DNA of 64,000 bases from Methanotrichaceae archaeon (GTDB lineage Archaea > Halobacteriota > Methanosarcinia > Methanotrichales > Methanotrichaceae): assembly GCA_963803145.1 (NCBI GenBank), contig CAWDLW010000015.1, forward strand, positions 64,001-128,000, in the 5' to 3' direction. The position numbers and the translations under genes were made by a program. Below, in pieces: positions 30,686-41,701 of this stretch. Under the pieces are notes generated by a model. That model saw only the letters and a list, made by a program, of their open reading frames with translations, made no database searches and was not told the DNA's origin. Position 1 is the stretch's first letter. The number at the start of each line of letters is the position of its first letter.

Positions 30686-31012
30686 ATGAAAGCATCAGAA
30701 GTAGAGCGAATATTAGCACTTGTCCCCAAGCTCTTGGAGCTTTCACACAAGAGAATATGGATAGACTACGATGATGGTGCCGATGTTCTCTACATCAATT
30801 TCAAGAGACCAAGCCATGCTGACGACTCCGAATTAACTGATGAGGACATAATAATAAGATATGAAAAGGGAGAAATAATAGGCTTAACCGTACTCCATGC
30901 CGGCAAAAGAAAGGCAGAAAAGTCCAAGTTCGATTTGGATTGTGGACTGTCAGATCTTAGAGATGAGATTTCCCCGGCTGAGCTACAACATCAAGCCTCT
31001 GAATGGAAATGA
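30686..31012 (+). CDS. DUF2283-domain protein
   Basis: IDYDDGADVLYINF...DIIIRY..GEIIGLTVL. Confidence 0.8.
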   Translation: MKASEVERILALVPKLLELSHKRIWIDYDDGADVLYINFKRPSHADDSELTDEDIIIRYEKGEIIGLTVLHAGKRKAEKSKFDLDCGLSDLRDEISPAELQHQASEWK

Positions 31013-31089
31013 TGAGTCTCTGAAGTGGCATCTTTAATACGATCCTACATCAAAACTGCAGAATATACTAGCAATTCGTCGCTCGCTTT

Positions 31090-31440
31090 TCAAACTGGCA
31101 CTCTTTCGCTCAAGATACGTTTACCAATATCTCCCTTTAGGGAGCGAATAGAGACTAAGTCGACTTTAATTCCTTTGATGTCGCTAAGGTGGCTCTCAAG
31201 CTCTATGAACTTCGGCAGAGTAGGAACTTCAGCGAACTCAACCAGAACGTCGAGATCGCTGCGTTTATGCTGCGCGCCTCGAACGTAGGAGCCAAAGAGC
31301 CAAAGCGTGCCGACGCCATATTCATTGCGCAGGCGAGGCAGCTGTTCGCGAAGCATCTGCTTAATCTCTTCAAGGGATAGCTTTGCCCTGGATTTTGAGG
31401 ATGCGGATTTCGAAGATGCTTTGTGTTTTTCGTGCTGCAT
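31090..31440 (-). CDS. Minimal nucleotidyltransferase (MNT)
   Basis: LFGSYVRGAQHKRSDLDVLVEF, KVDLV. Confidence 0.88.
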   Translation of the reverse strand: MQHEKHKASSKSASSKSRAKLSLEEIKQMLREQLPRLRNEYGVGTLWLFGSYVRGAQHKRSDLDVLVEFAEVPTLPKFIELESHLSDIKGIKVDLVSIRSLKGDIGKRILSERVPV

Positions 31441-31627
31441 TATGACCCTGTTGATCTTTTAAGGATATGTAACTGTGTGAGTGTGCCTAAGATCCAGGGC
31501 AATTACGTCAAATGATGTTGATCTTGGGTTATGTGTCTTATGATCTATTTTTTTTACAAGGCAGCGATTCTAAATTCATCTTAGACACACTCATTTTCAG
31601 GCAAAGGCTGATACCCTAGCTACTTGT

Positions 31628-32146
31628 CTAATAGGCTTTGAACGGCACTCTTCCAGTAGGATCGACCTGGCTGAGATCTATCATGTGTACGGTTGTCGGA
31701 TCTGAAGGCGCTTTTGAATTAAATATTGAAGGGTTCGGATTTTGCCTCGCAAATGGAAGCTGCACTGGCACTGCACTGCCATTGATCCAATAATACTTCG
31801 GGAGTTCGCCAGAAACGAGATAACCGTTGATCAGGTACGCCAAATGTGTCTGATTTAATAAATCGGTCCAAGCGAAGTCTCCTGCATTGGGGCCTGTGGG
31901 CATGTATGAAGAGTAGTTCCTCGCACATGTTGAAGCGATCTCATAACTAATCGCTGGCTTTGACATATTAGGCACAATTCCGGCATCAAGCAACTTCTGT
32001 TGCACCTGAACTTCAGGTGTGAGGCTAGTTTGACCTAGTGCTTTGTATATCCAATCCGGATAACCAGTAGTCATTCCAACAGAACTCGGCAATATAAATA
32101 GTGCTAATAATATGAGCACTAACCCAACCATCTCCATCTGTGTCAT
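31628..32146 (-). CDS. Hypothetical secreted protein
   Basis: N-terminal hydrophobic signal; no recognised domain. Confidence 0.6.
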   Translation of the reverse strand: MTQMEMVGLVLILLALFILPSSVGMTTGYPDWIYKALGQTSLTPEVQVQQKLLDAGIVPNMSKPAISYEIASTCARNYSSYMPTGPNAGDFAWTDLLNQTHLAYLINGYLVSGELPKYYWINGSAVPVQLPFARQNPNPSIFNSKAPSDPTTVHMIDLSQVDPTGRVPFKAY

Positions 32147-32467
32147 GAATTGTCTCTTTAAGAATTGCTTGTATTAGTAGATTATTGTTGCCAAATTTTC
32201 GCTGATTAAATTAGCATTTTAGAGTGATACAAATGAAATCACACATATTCCTGTTAGCCCAATACGATACATGAGGATCAGTAAAGTATCCGAATATCCT
32301 TACGTAGCCGCAATTCTTAAGCATTAAGTCCATAGATGCCGCTCAGGCTTTCTAAGAGAGTCTGATTCTATAACTAATTCTTGAAATATGAGCGCTAATC
32401 AAACGGCGGCGCACCCACGCAGCAAGCAGCGGAGGTATTACAATAAAATCAAGTGCAAGTATTTTTT

Positions 32468-33763
32468 TCATATTGCTTCATGAAGGGCTATTGTGATAGA
32501 GTGCTTTTCCGCCAACAAATTTTTAATAATTTCACTTATATTTTCGGAAACATGAGGAGCAGAACCGATCCATCCGTTCTGTACAAGATCTATAAAACTA
32601 GTATTGTTGATCCATCTTCCAGCATTGTCATATGAAATAGCTTTACCCCCTCTTGGACCTTTTACAGATTCGGATTCCAAAAGTACCTTCCAGTAAGATA
32701 ATGGAAAATACATGCCAGCAGCTAATTCACTTGACATGGGATCTAGTGTTAGTGGTTTGCAGACTTTGAAGAAAAACGGCGCCTCATGTAAACGAAATCC
32801 TCTAACAGTAGTTTTTTTGCTAGAAGTATTATATCTAGACTCGAACTCACCCATACGTTTAATTTCCGACATATATGATTTATCACTAAAAGGTCTATAT
32901 ACATATTTATAATTTGACTCTCCCTCAGGTTTCATTATTTTATATTGAACTAGAACGAAAGATCGATATTTATAATGATAATATATTAAATCCACGCCTA
33001 ATGTGTGTTCTATACTCGTTCTATTTGTATTTAAAACAATAAGGCGCTCATCATTTTTTCTAAATTCCACTGAAGCGAGAATCGGAGATTCGTTACTAAC
33101 CACCCAATCCGGAAAAACTCTATTATCATGGGAAATAATATTGTCCTCAGATAATTTATATGCCTTAATTCCTTGAAGAAAGGGCGGTACTTCATTATTT
33201 GTATGTAAAGTATAATTCGATAAAAACTTGGACCTATCTATGCCAAAAATCGATAATGCTAATCCTAAAACATCTTTCTCTTGAGCCAATATTTCATAAG
33301 ATCGAGAATCACATATCTCACGGCTATGGTTGATAATATCCTCTAATGAATTGATTTTTGATAAAACATTTGGCTGAATCGCGCCTATGGCTTTTTTAAA
33401 ACTCTTCCACGTCCTTGGAGGCAAACGTCCTCCTCTGACACTAATTATCTTTTTAAAATGGACTTTGACGCTTTTGTCGATTAGGTTTTCTACAGATTCT
33501 ATACTAATGGGGTTAAAGGCATGAACCATCTTAAATTTAACGTGGCATTTATAAGAAGCTGCATTAGAACCCTTCTTCGCCATTGCCACATGCGTAAAAT
33601 TCTTTTCATCAAAAGATAAAATGCATACTTGGTAAGATTTCATTCTCCAATCAGGCGCGCTTAGCACGTCAGAGAATTCATTCGTTTTTTCTATAAGTTC
33701 TATTAATCTTTCAGCTCTTTTCGGCTCATTGAAAATTACTACGTAGCCGTTATTCTCTGGCAT
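32468..33763 (-). CDS. AT-rich hypothetical protein, possible PD-(D/E)xK-like nuclease
   Basis: 431-aa ORF, composition differs from its flanks; E...GVDLIYY...FVLVQYK motif. Confidence 0.65.
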   Translation of the reverse strand: MPENNGYVVIFNEPKRAERLIELIEKTNEFSDVLSAPDWRMKSYQVCILSFDEKNFTHVAMAKKGSNAASYKCHVKFKMVHAFNPISIESVENLIDKSVKVHFKKIISVRGGRLPPRTWKSFKKAIGAIQPNVLSKINSLEDIINHSREICDSRSYEILAQEKDVLGLALSIFGIDRSKFLSNYTLHTNNEVPPFLQGIKAYKLSEDNIISHDNRVFPDWVVSNESPILASVEFRKNDERLIVLNTNRTSIEHTLGVDLIYYHYKYRSFVLVQYKIMKPEGESNYKYVYRPFSDKSYMSEIKRMGEFESRYNTSSKKTTVRGFRLHEAPFFFKVCKPLTLDPMSSELAAGMYFPLSYWKVLLESESVKGPRGGKAISYDNAGRWINNTSFIDLVQNGWIGSAPHVSENISEIIKNLLAEKHSITIALHEAI

Positions 33764-33786
33764 TAAAGCACACCCTATTCCAAACT

Positions 33787-34710
33787 CTAAGTTATTTTAC
33801 TCAATTCCTCTTTCCTAAATATCTTCTCCCCCTCAACACTTATGCTTTCAGGTAATCCCCCAAACCTCGCCCTCAAAATCAAATCCCCGATCTCTTCCTG
33901 CATCACCTTAGCTATCCCAATTATCGAAGTCGTCGGCCTCGCATTCACATCTACAGCCCTCGGCAAATCCCCGACCACAAAATCAATTCCCGCATATCCC
34001 CTGAGTCCCAACGCCTTTGCCGCCTTCTCTGCAATTCCCCAGATCTCGTCTGCACGTGGCGTGCGATATGGAACCTGGCTGCCATTGTAGCTGATCTCAT
34101 TTCCATGAAACTCAATTAGCTGCCTGTTAATAGTAAGCGGCAAGAATCCCGCTCGTCCAACGATGAAGCTGGCACTCAGATGCATGCCCTCGTAGTAGCG
34201 TGTAGCGATGTAGCCTTCAGGAGTCCGCGAGCTTGATGAAATATGCACTCCCTCAGAGCCGCAGCCATAGCGGGGCTTTATGACATATTGGCGGCATCCG
34301 CAAGCGCAGGGCTCAGGCCCCTCGGCAATCTCAGCCACGGGAACACCGCTCTCCTTCAGCACCTTGGTACAGGCAAGCTTGTCTGCACAGAGCTTTGCAG
34401 CTTCAGGGCTAGAGCCGAGGTTCACTGTATTCTTTTCCAATATTTCCAGGAAATGCGGCTGCATATCATCTGGAGCAATCAATAGCCCTGCATCCGCCTT
34501 GGCTGACCTAAGAAAATCCTCAAAATCTTTTGGGCATTTTATAAGAACAGGTCGGCCTGCGCCTATCTCGGGCCCTGAAGTTGGATAAATAACATCATGG
34601 CCGCACCTCTGGAAGCTTGACACAAGCGTCGAGAGCATTGCCCTGCCTTCGATCTCGCATGTGCCACCCATACCAATTGCTGATGCGTACTCAGCTACCA
34701 GTATGTTCAT
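33787..34710 (-). CDS. mfnD: ATP-grasp ligase, tyramine-L-glutamate ligase-like (methanofuran synthesis)
   Basis: ILVAEYA, EGRAML, IAPDD, ADKL, IKPRYGCGSEG, GYAGIDF, DVNARPTTS. Confidence 0.75.
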   Translation of the reverse strand: MNILVAEYASAIGMGGTCEIEGRAMLSTLVSSFQRCGHDVIYPTSGPEIGAGRPVLIKCPKDFEDFLRSAKADAGLLIAPDDMQPHFLEILEKNTVNLGSSPEAAKLCADKLACTKVLKESGVPVAEIAEGPEPCACGCRQYVIKPRYGCGSEGVHISSSSRTPEGYIATRYYEGMHLSASFIVGRAGFLPLTINRQLIEFHGNEISYNGSQVPYRTPRADEIWGIAEKAAKALGLRGYAGIDFVVGDLPRAVDVNARPTTSIIGIAKVMQEEIGDLILRARFGGLPESISVEGEKIFRKEELSKIT

Positions 34711-34759
34711 CTAAGATCCTCAACGGCAATTATATTACTACTTTTAACGCAAGTAATTT

Positions 34760-34829
34760 TCTTTGTGCCTTTGTGTCTTCGTGGTTAAGTTCAGCTCGTG
34801 CTCACCACAAAGGCACAAAGACACAAAGA
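34760..34829. repeat. 26-bp imperfect inverted repeat made of 8-mer subrepeats
   Basis: TCTTTGTGCCTTTGTGTCTTCGTGGT / ACCACAAAGGCACAAAGACACAAAGA (23/26 complementary). Confidence 0.8.
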
Positions 34830-34867
34830 GCCTTTACGATATCAGGGATTTGAGATGAGATCTCACT

Positions 34868-36343
34868 TCAGTACTGCCTTGCCATGTAAGTCCGCTTTGT
34901 AGTCTTCGTGCCGCAGACAGCGCAAGGCATCTCTGGGAATGTCTGGTACTGAGGCTCGCCAAGCATATTCGCTTCTACCTGATCCTCAAGATTATGGCCG
35001 CAGTCTTCAGAGCCGCACCAGGGCACAATAGCGACGCCCTGCAGCGTCTGAGCCTTAGCCTTATCGATGCTTTCCACCTCTCGGATCTTGCTCTTCATGA
35101 ACTGCTCTGCCTTGTCGTAAAGCGCGGTCTGAAGCTCATTTGCCTCATTCGCAATAGCCGAAAGCAAATCGCTCATGGGCACTGCCTTCTTTACGCCGTC
35201 TCGGCGGGCCAAAGTAACGACGCCCTTCTGTATATCCCTCGGTCCAACCTCCAAGCGGATAGGCACGCCCTTCAACTCCCACTTATAGAACTTGGCACCT
35301 GGTCGCTCATCAGTTGTATCCAGCTTGACTCTGACACATGCCCCGGCGAGCGCTTGCCTCAGGTTCTCTGCAGTCTCCAGCACCTTCTCCTTATCACCCA
35401 GTAGTATGGGCACGATTACAACCTGAACGGGCGCAACCTCCCAGGGCAGCACTAAGCCCTTATCATCGCCATGAACTGACACCAAGGCGGCAATGCAGCG
35501 TTCGGATATGCCGTAGCAGGTCTGATTGATGAGCTTCTGTTCCCCGTTCTCATCCTCATAAGTGATATCGTAAGTCTTGGCAAAGGTTGAGCCAAGATGA
35601 TGAGCAGTCCCAACCTGCAGTGTTTTCCCATCCGGCATCACAGCATCTATGGCTGTCGTATAATCTGCGCCGGGGAACTTATCCCAGCTCGGCCTGCGGC
35701 TGACTAAGAAGGGTATGGCAAGACGGTTGTAGAACTTAGAGTATCTCTGTATCGCTACCTCGACCTGTTCAGCAGCCTCATCCCAGGTGGCATGCGCTGT
35801 ATGCGCCTCCTTGAATGATGAGATCTCTCTATCGCGGATCAAAGGCCTCGTGTGCTTGGTCTCATACCTGAAAGTGTTGACGATCTGGTAGATCTTTAAC
35901 GGCAGATCTGCATGAGACCTTATCCACAGCTTGAACATCGGGTAGATCGCGGTCTCGCTCGTTGGCCGGAGAGCGAGATTCACGTCCAGTGGAGAAGTTC
36001 CGCCCCGCGTCACCCAGTAAACTTCGTCCTCGAAGCCCTTTATGTGCTGGGCCTCCTTCATGAACTCATTCTCAGGGATCAGGAGAGGAAACTCAGCTTC
36101 CTGATGGTCCACATCCAAAAGCTGGCGAATTATCCCATAGACGCTCTTTCTTATGGCATAACCAAATGGGAACCAGACAGACATTCCCTTCACGGGATAG
36201 CGGTTATCAATGATCTCCGCTAACCTTAGAAGCTCATGGTACCATTCGCTGAAATCCTCCTTGGGAGGAAGCTTCTTGCTCTCAGCTTTGGATTCCGCCG
36301 CTTTGGAATCAGTTATCTTGGAAATTGTTTTGGTGTCGGTCAT
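34868..36343 (-). CDS. proS: Proline--tRNA ligase (archaeal/eukaryotic type)
   Basis: [35 protein letters not shown]-terminal ARQY. Confidence 0.97.
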   Translation of the reverse strand: MTDTKTISKITDSKAAESKAESKKLPPKEDFSEWYHELLRLAEIIDNRYPVKGMSVWFPFGYAIRKSVYGIIRQLLDVDHQEAEFPLLIPENEFMKEAQHIKGFEDEVYWVTRGGTSPLDVNLALRPTSETAIYPMFKLWIRSHADLPLKIYQIVNTFRYETKHTRPLIRDREISSFKEAHTAHATWDEAAEQVEVAIQRYSKFYNRLAIPFLVSRRPSWDKFPGADYTTAIDAVMPDGKTLQVGTAHHLGSTFAKTYDITYEDENGEQKLINQTCYGISERCIAALVSVHGDDKGLVLPWEVAPVQVVIVPILLGDKEKVLETAENLRQALAGACVRVKLDTTDERPGAKFYKWELKGVPIRLEVGPRDIQKGVVTLARRDGVKKAVPMSDLLSAIANEANELQTALYDKAEQFMKSKIREVESIDKAKAQTLQGVAIVPWCGSEDCGHNLEDQVEANMLGEPQYQTFPEMPCAVCGTKTTKRTYMARQY

Positions 36344-36924
36344 TTAACCACCGATATGACGATGGGTGTTATGAATGTCTCGATAGCCGCAGCCAGGAGC
36401 AGCAGTGGCGTAACCCATCTTACTAGAAAATGGATTGCAATTCTTATCTCTTGCGCCAGGTTGACCTTCTCTCCGAACACTGTCAGTGCGAGAAGATATC
36501 CAAGCCTTAAGCCTATGCCTATGCTCATAAGCACAGTGGGCAGCTCGATTACACCATGAGGAACAACACCTGCTAGGAAATAGAGAAGACCCTCTTTCTG
36601 GAGCACGTTATAGAGCACAATGCCCAGCAGGAAGCCATTGGATGTATCGACTATCAGAGGTACTATGCCCATTCCGAGGCCAAGAAGAACAGACATAATG
36701 CATGAAAGAAGGTTTTTAAGGAATATCACTACCATTAAGAGGGGTAACGGTAGCTGCGTGATCCATTTCAGCATCTGAAACTCCTGCAGCATGCTTGTTG
36801 CTAGATCAGAGTTTAACTGTGCAGCATAATAACCCATCACGACGGTGACTGCAAAAATAAGTACCGATATCCCTATGAAGACACGGATTGACTTCAGATA
36901 TGCTATATCATCCTTGAAAGACAA
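36340..36924 (-). CDS. SpoIIM-like membrane protein
   Basis: [29 protein letters not shown]. Confidence 0.88.
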   Translation of the reverse strand: MSFKDDIAYLKSIRVFIGISVLIFAVTVVMGYYAAQLNSDLATSMLQEFQMLKWITQLPLPLLMVVIFLKNLLSCIMSVLLGLGMGIVPLIVDTSNGFLLGIVLYNVLQKEGLLYFLAGVVPHGVIELPTVLMSIGIGLRLGYLLALTVFGEKVNLAQEIRIAIHFLVRWVTPLLLLAAAIETFITPIVISVVK

Positions 36925-36961
36925 TTGAATATCTCCAATCTAATCTATCCTGCCCTGGCAT

Positions 36962-37852
36962 TTATATAAGGTTGGCGCGGTTTCGTGCCAAGGATAAAAA
37001 TATATAAAATATGGTCTCGCCCAGTATGCAGACTGCGATTGGTATCCCTGCCTCATGTCCAAAGAGCGCAATTGAGATGGCGGCGGCCAGACCGAGATTT
37101 TTGTAAGAGCTGAAAAGAGTATATGATATACCCTTTGGATAATCAACTCCTGTAAACCTCGCCAATAGATAGACGACTGTGCCTATGAGAAATGTCCTTG
37201 CAAACGCGATTGCAGCCATTGGCCGTATATATCCGAATATATCAGCGCTGTTCAGGCCCACGACAGTATAATTGATAAGAAAGAATCCTGCATTTATAGG
37301 CAGCACTGGATCGAGCTTAATATGCCTGATCTGCCTCAACCTGGATGTGAAAATGGGCAGAAGTATTACTAGCGTAGATATCTCGAACACATATAACAGA
37401 TCGACCCCGCTCTTGCTTGCAAAAACGAAGATTATCCCCGGAATGAGAATGATACCTGCAGCATAACATAACACCTCGCCATATAGAGATAGCTTAACTT
37501 CTCCCCCCAAGAGCTTTGTGAGCGGCATAACAGCTATTGCAGGCGGAACTGCCGCCATAACAACGAGACCGTAGCGTAGTTTTTCCTCAGGAAGCGTATA
37601 TGATAGCAGTAATATTAAGCCTGACAGAAGAATATAATTCATCACAAAGCAGTACAAAGCTCCGCGCAGATCGCCTTTGGTTCTGAAGTCTATCTCAGTG
37701 AGAGAGAATGTCATCATCACTATGAGTGCAGGCGTGACCAATGGCTCGGTATATCTCGCTCCCTCAGGCAGAATAAATCCGAGGATTATGGATATGGCAA
37801 AGATAAATGAGGAGTTTTTGAGCAGCTGAAGGTATGTTTGCACGTTCACCAT
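36962..37852 (-). CDS. Bile acid:Na+ symporter/Acr3-like transporter
   Basis: About 10 TM helices; AAVPPA, YKNLGLA. Confidence 0.75.
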   Translation of the reverse strand: MVNVQTYLQLLKNSSFIFAISIILGFILPEGARYTEPLVTPALIVMMTFSLTEIDFRTKGDLRGALYCFVMNYILLSGLILLLSYTLPEEKLRYGLVVMAAVPPAIAVMPLTKLLGGEVKLSLYGEVLCYAAGIILIPGIIFVFASKSGVDLLYVFEISTLVILLPIFTSRLRQIRHIKLDPVLPINAGFFLINYTVVGLNSADIFGYIRPMAAIAFARTFLIGTVVYLLARFTGVDYPKGISYTLFSSYKNLGLAAAISIALFGHEAGIPIAVCILGETIFYIFLSLARNRANLI

Positions 37853-37871
37853 CGAGTTTATGTGTTTTTGC

Positions 37872-38483
37872 CTATCTTGCCCCCACTAGATAATACAGCC
37901 CAAAGAGCATAAGGAAGCCGCCGCAGACCGCCAGAATCCTCTGATAATTGGCATCGGACAGGATCCCTCTGCTCCGGCCCAGGCTAGTTGAGACAAAAGT
38001 GTACCACCCGAAGTCTGCACCCCAGTGGCCGATCATGAAAAGGCTGGCCATGATCAGGCCGCCTTTAAGGCCGGCTATCACAAAAGCGCTTCCAACGCTT
38101 AACCACCATATCCAGAAGTATGGGTTTGCAGCGCTTGTAAGTATTCCTGCAACATAAGGGCTGCCTATTTTATCCTTAGAGGGAACGGCTATTGTTGCGG
38201 TTCTGCTTCCTTTTATAGTTAACAGCCCAAATGCTATCAAGGCTACACCGCCAATGAGTGCAATGAAGCGCGAGTAATGGTTGGCGGCTGTTGCAAGCCC
38301 AAGAATGATCAAGAGAAAAATCAGCAATTCAGTAAAAGCATGTCCGATAAATACTTTGGGGCCCGCTGTCCAGCCTGTTTTAAGTGAGGAATCAATAGTT
38401 GCAACAAGCGTAGGTCCGGGCGCAAGAGCTCCTGTAAGGCCAATGACGAACGATGTGATGAGCAACTCGATTATCTCGTACAT
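37872..38483 (-). CDS. LysE-family transporter
   Basis: GALAPGP, GHAFTE, ANPYFWIWW. Confidence 0.88.
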   Translation of the reverse strand: MYEIIELLITSFVIGLTGALAPGPTLVATIDSSLKTGWTAGPKVFIGHAFTELLIFLLIILGLATAANHYSRFIALIGGVALIAFGLLTIKGSRTATIAVPSKDKIGSPYVAGILTSAANPYFWIWWLSVGSAFVIAGLKGGLIMASLFMIGHWGADFGWYTFVSTSLGRSRGILSDANYQRILAVCGGFLMLFGLYYLVGAR

Positions 38484-38552
38484 TTTTAGTCCAACCTCTG
38501 TTCACACGGCAAAAAAGCCTTCGCAATAAAAGAGCCATTTAAAACCCAGAAA

Positions 38553-38625
38553 TGGACAGGTCGGGATTTGAACCCGAGGCCTCTACCATGCCAAGGTAGC
38601 GATCTTCCAGCTGATCTACCTGCCC
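38553..38625 (-). tRNA. tRNA-Ala (GGC)
   Basis: GGGCAGG...CCTGTCC-A acceptor with G3:U70, CTACC-TTGGCAT-GGTAG anticodon arm, GGTTCAAATCC T-arm. Confidence 0.95.
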
Positions 38626-38809
38626 AAGCTACACGAAGGTTGACAAAGAGGCAAATAAACATGTCGGTAGGATTGATGGATAACTTGCTATTCTACCGTT
38701 TACGACTAAGCATTTCAGCATTCTTGGCACTAGATGATATCAGCAATAGATATCACCAATAGGCAGCATCCAACTCTGTAGCCATTTCAGAAAAGCGTAA
38801 TCTGCTGTA

Positions 38810-40330
38810 CTAATGCTGCGCGATAATAGGTTGTGTGCTGGCTTTCTCCTGAGGACTTGAGAAGCGCGCCTCTACATCCTTACGATGAATTGTGTTGTAT
38901 GAGCAGAATGGAATTATCCTGCCGTCGGGCGTAGCGTAATGAACCCCACATCTCTGCAGCCGTTCTAGGTCCATATTGTATGCATCCTGGAAATGCATGG
39001 CCCCTAGGAAAAGCGTCTTGTTATGAAACTCTATCAAAGACTCTCGTGTACCTGTCACAAAAACACTTAACAGCATTTTGGTTATATTCAGATCGGTTGG
39101 AACTTTTGCTTCATCCACGAATCTTGGCAGATCTTTAAGGATCATGCCTTTCATTTTTAGCTTGCTTAGGCTCGATCCATTGGATCCACTGAAACCGTTA
39201 ACCTCTCGTCGGATCTTTTCAAGGAGGCCTTCGACATCAAGGAAACGGGTTATTGGAATTAGCTTTCCATTGAACCTGTATACATATGTCGCAGCACCAC
39301 AGCAGGGATGTACTGTAAACGTTGGCTGTGGCCAGCCAGTCTCTGCTGCTATGAGCTGTGATATGGGGGCCACGAAGGGTACGGGATAGAAATCATCTTT
39401 AGTAATCTCGTTATCGGTTTGATCCTCTAGAAGCTTGAGAAAATCAGGTATTGTTATTCTCTTGGATGCTCTTTCCTGCTGATCGACTCTTCCCGTGAAT
39501 GAGACCGGCTGGAAATTTATACCTTTGACTATATCCAGCTTGCCTGATGCAAACCTGACGATATCCCCTACTTGATCGTCGTTAACACCTTTGGCCAATG
39601 TTGGAACCAAAACTACGCTGCTCTGTCCTGCCATTTTTAGATTTTCGATCGCCTTTTGCTTTATGAGGAGGAGATCGCGGCCTCGAAGCGCCTTATAAGG
39701 CTCGGGGGTCACTCCGTCGAACTGCAGGTAAACTGTGTTCAATCCATTTTGTACAAGGCATTTGCAATACTCAGAGCTCGACGCCAGACGTAAGCCATTT
39801 GTGGCTATCTGAACCTGGGCAAAACCTGCCATCCGGGCCATATTTAAAATTTCAGGCAAGTCGTCACGTATAGTCGGCTCGCCTCCTGAAAACTGGATTG
39901 CAGGACAAGGTGCAGGTTTCTCTGAGCGAAGGTTGAGCATCATGGATTGAATCTGCTCTAAAGTAGGCTCATAGACCCGTCCTCCTGCATTGGCAAAACA
40001 GATTGGACAGGCTAAATTGCATCTATTAGTTATATCGATATTTCCGAGAAGAGTGCTTGTCTTGTGATTATGGCAGATACCACAGTCATATGGACAGCCT
40101 TTTCCAGTGGAGTCGCTCGAGTTATCGATGCCGGACCCATCAAACCAGTAACTTCTGAATCTTTTGTAAAGCGCCGCATCTGACCAATAGATATCCTTGA
40201 ACTCGCCATGCCCCGGACATCTCTTCCACATGAAAACTTTTCCATCTTCCCGGAATATGAAGGCGGGTATGACTTTGAAGCAGACTGGACAAATAGATGA
40301 GACCGTTTTATCAATGGCTGTTAGCGGCAT
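38810..40330 (-). CDS. tes: Radical SAM tetraether (GDGT) lipid synthase-like protein
   Basis: N-terminal CPVC...CPGHG, CPYDCGIC..HK, DITNRCNLACPICFANA, HPCCG, MHFQDAYN, RCGVHYATPDGRIIPFCSYN. Confidence 0.82.
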   Translation of the reverse strand: MPLTAIDKTVSSICPVCFKVIPAFIFREDGKVFMWKRCPGHGEFKDIYWSDAALYKRFRSYWFDGSGIDNSSDSTGKGCPYDCGICHNHKTSTLLGNIDITNRCNLACPICFANAGGRVYEPTLEQIQSMMLNLRSEKPAPCPAIQFSGGEPTIRDDLPEILNMARMAGFAQVQIATNGLRLASSSEYCKCLVQNGLNTVYLQFDGVTPEPYKALRGRDLLLIKQKAIENLKMAGQSSVVLVPTLAKGVNDDQVGDIVRFASGKLDIVKGINFQPVSFTGRVDQQERASKRITIPDFLKLLEDQTDNEITKDDFYPVPFVAPISQLIAAETGWPQPTFTVHPCCGAATYVYRFNGKLIPITRFLDVEGLLEKIRREVNGFSGSNGSSLSKLKMKGMILKDLPRFVDEAKVPTDLNITKMLLSVFVTGTRESLIEFHNKTLFLGAMHFQDAYNMDLERLQRCGVHYATPDGRIIPFCSYNTIHRKDVEARFSSPQEKASTQPIIAQH

Positions 40331-40614
40331 AATAACATAGATGACATTCGACGGAAACACATATAAAGATTATGCCCCAAGTTACTTTTAAGGCTCGAAG
40401 AGAGCGCTAGGGAATCACTTTATGATATGGGGCTCTTGTATGTTAGTGAGAAATACACATCATTTTTTTCAAAATAGAGATAGAATGACATTATATTCTG
40501 TATTAAGTAAAGAGATAATATCACAAGCCTCTCAAAAAGCGTAAATCGCATGATATAATCGAAGTTTGGCGCCCGTATTGATACTCAACGAGCAATATCG
40601 CCAGCGGAGGCATT

Positions 40615-41701
40615 TATAGTCATTCTCCCAACTTTTTACCTTATAAACTGCTTTATCCAAGACTTAGAGTATCCATCTTTATTGGAATAAAATATTTGTA
40701 AAGCGCAATCTTGGGCATCCTCAATAGCTTCATCAAAATCAGTATATTTTGATATCTCTCTTTTAAAATCCTTCCAACCGAACTCTATAGGATTTAAATC
40801 AGGGGAATATGGCACGTTATATATTAAATGGATATCAAGTTCGTGGGCTAATGCCCTAAACTTCTTAGCTAGATGTATTCTAGCATTATCTAGGACAATA
40901 CATATTGGTCTCATAATATTGTTACTTCTCAATTTTTGGGCGAAGATCATTAAATCTTCTTTCTTGGATGAGTGAGAGACCATAACTTCATCATTTCCAT
41001 TCAATGCAATGAACCCAAAAACAGTTCTAGACCTAACTTTTCCAGGTTGATAATTTAGCATATGGGTGTTTAAAACCCTGCGTGTATTAGGTCGCTGTTG
41101 CAAAGAGCTTTCATCAAGGAATCCAATAATAGGTTCTTTGACTGTTGTTATTACTGAATCTATCCTTTTTTTAGAAAACTTTCTGCATTAACAGGCCTCT
41201 TATTATTTCTAATATATGGTTTACCATATTTGACTTTCTTTATTGATCTTAAAATCTTCCAACCACCTTTATACGAATATTCTACGCCTCTTGTGTCTTT
41301 TGCATATTTTATTACCTCTTTTATAGTCATTCCTTTGTCCTCAATCTCTTCGATAATTTTATCCCATTCATCAAAAGATATCATTGGTTCTTTGCCGTTT
41401 CTATTCTGTGGTATCAATCCATCATATCCTTGTTTGTTCCAATCGCTTAGCCAATTCTTTATTGTCTTTTCACTTCGTTTAAGAATATCAGCTACTATAT
41501 ATACATTCTTTCCTTCGTATAAATGTATTATCGCTAGTAGCCGTTCTTTAATTCTTATGTTTCTCTCATCTTTATACAATTGATCTAATTCTACCTTCGA
41601 GATATGTCTTACAATTACAGGTTTCCTGCCCATGAACGGCTATATCGTATATTAATTATTTAAGGGTATCTATGAGGTAAAAATTACGTGGATTAACTAT
41701 A
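40615..41701 (-). mobile_element. IS630-family insertion sequence
   Basis: Imperfect TIRs TATAGTCATTC... / ...GATTAACTATA with terminal TA; AT-rich; two-ORF transposase. Confidence 0.88.
40636..41633 (-). CDS. IS630 transposase (HTH ORF 41160-41633 plus DDE ORF joined by -1 frameshift)
   Basis: A7G slippery run near 41165-72; -1 frame reads IIGFLDESS...VLDNARIH...PYSPDLNPIEFGW. Confidence 0.88.

Noticed and set aside
38568-38762. 64-aa ORF
   Set aside because: Antisense overlap with tRNA-Ala.
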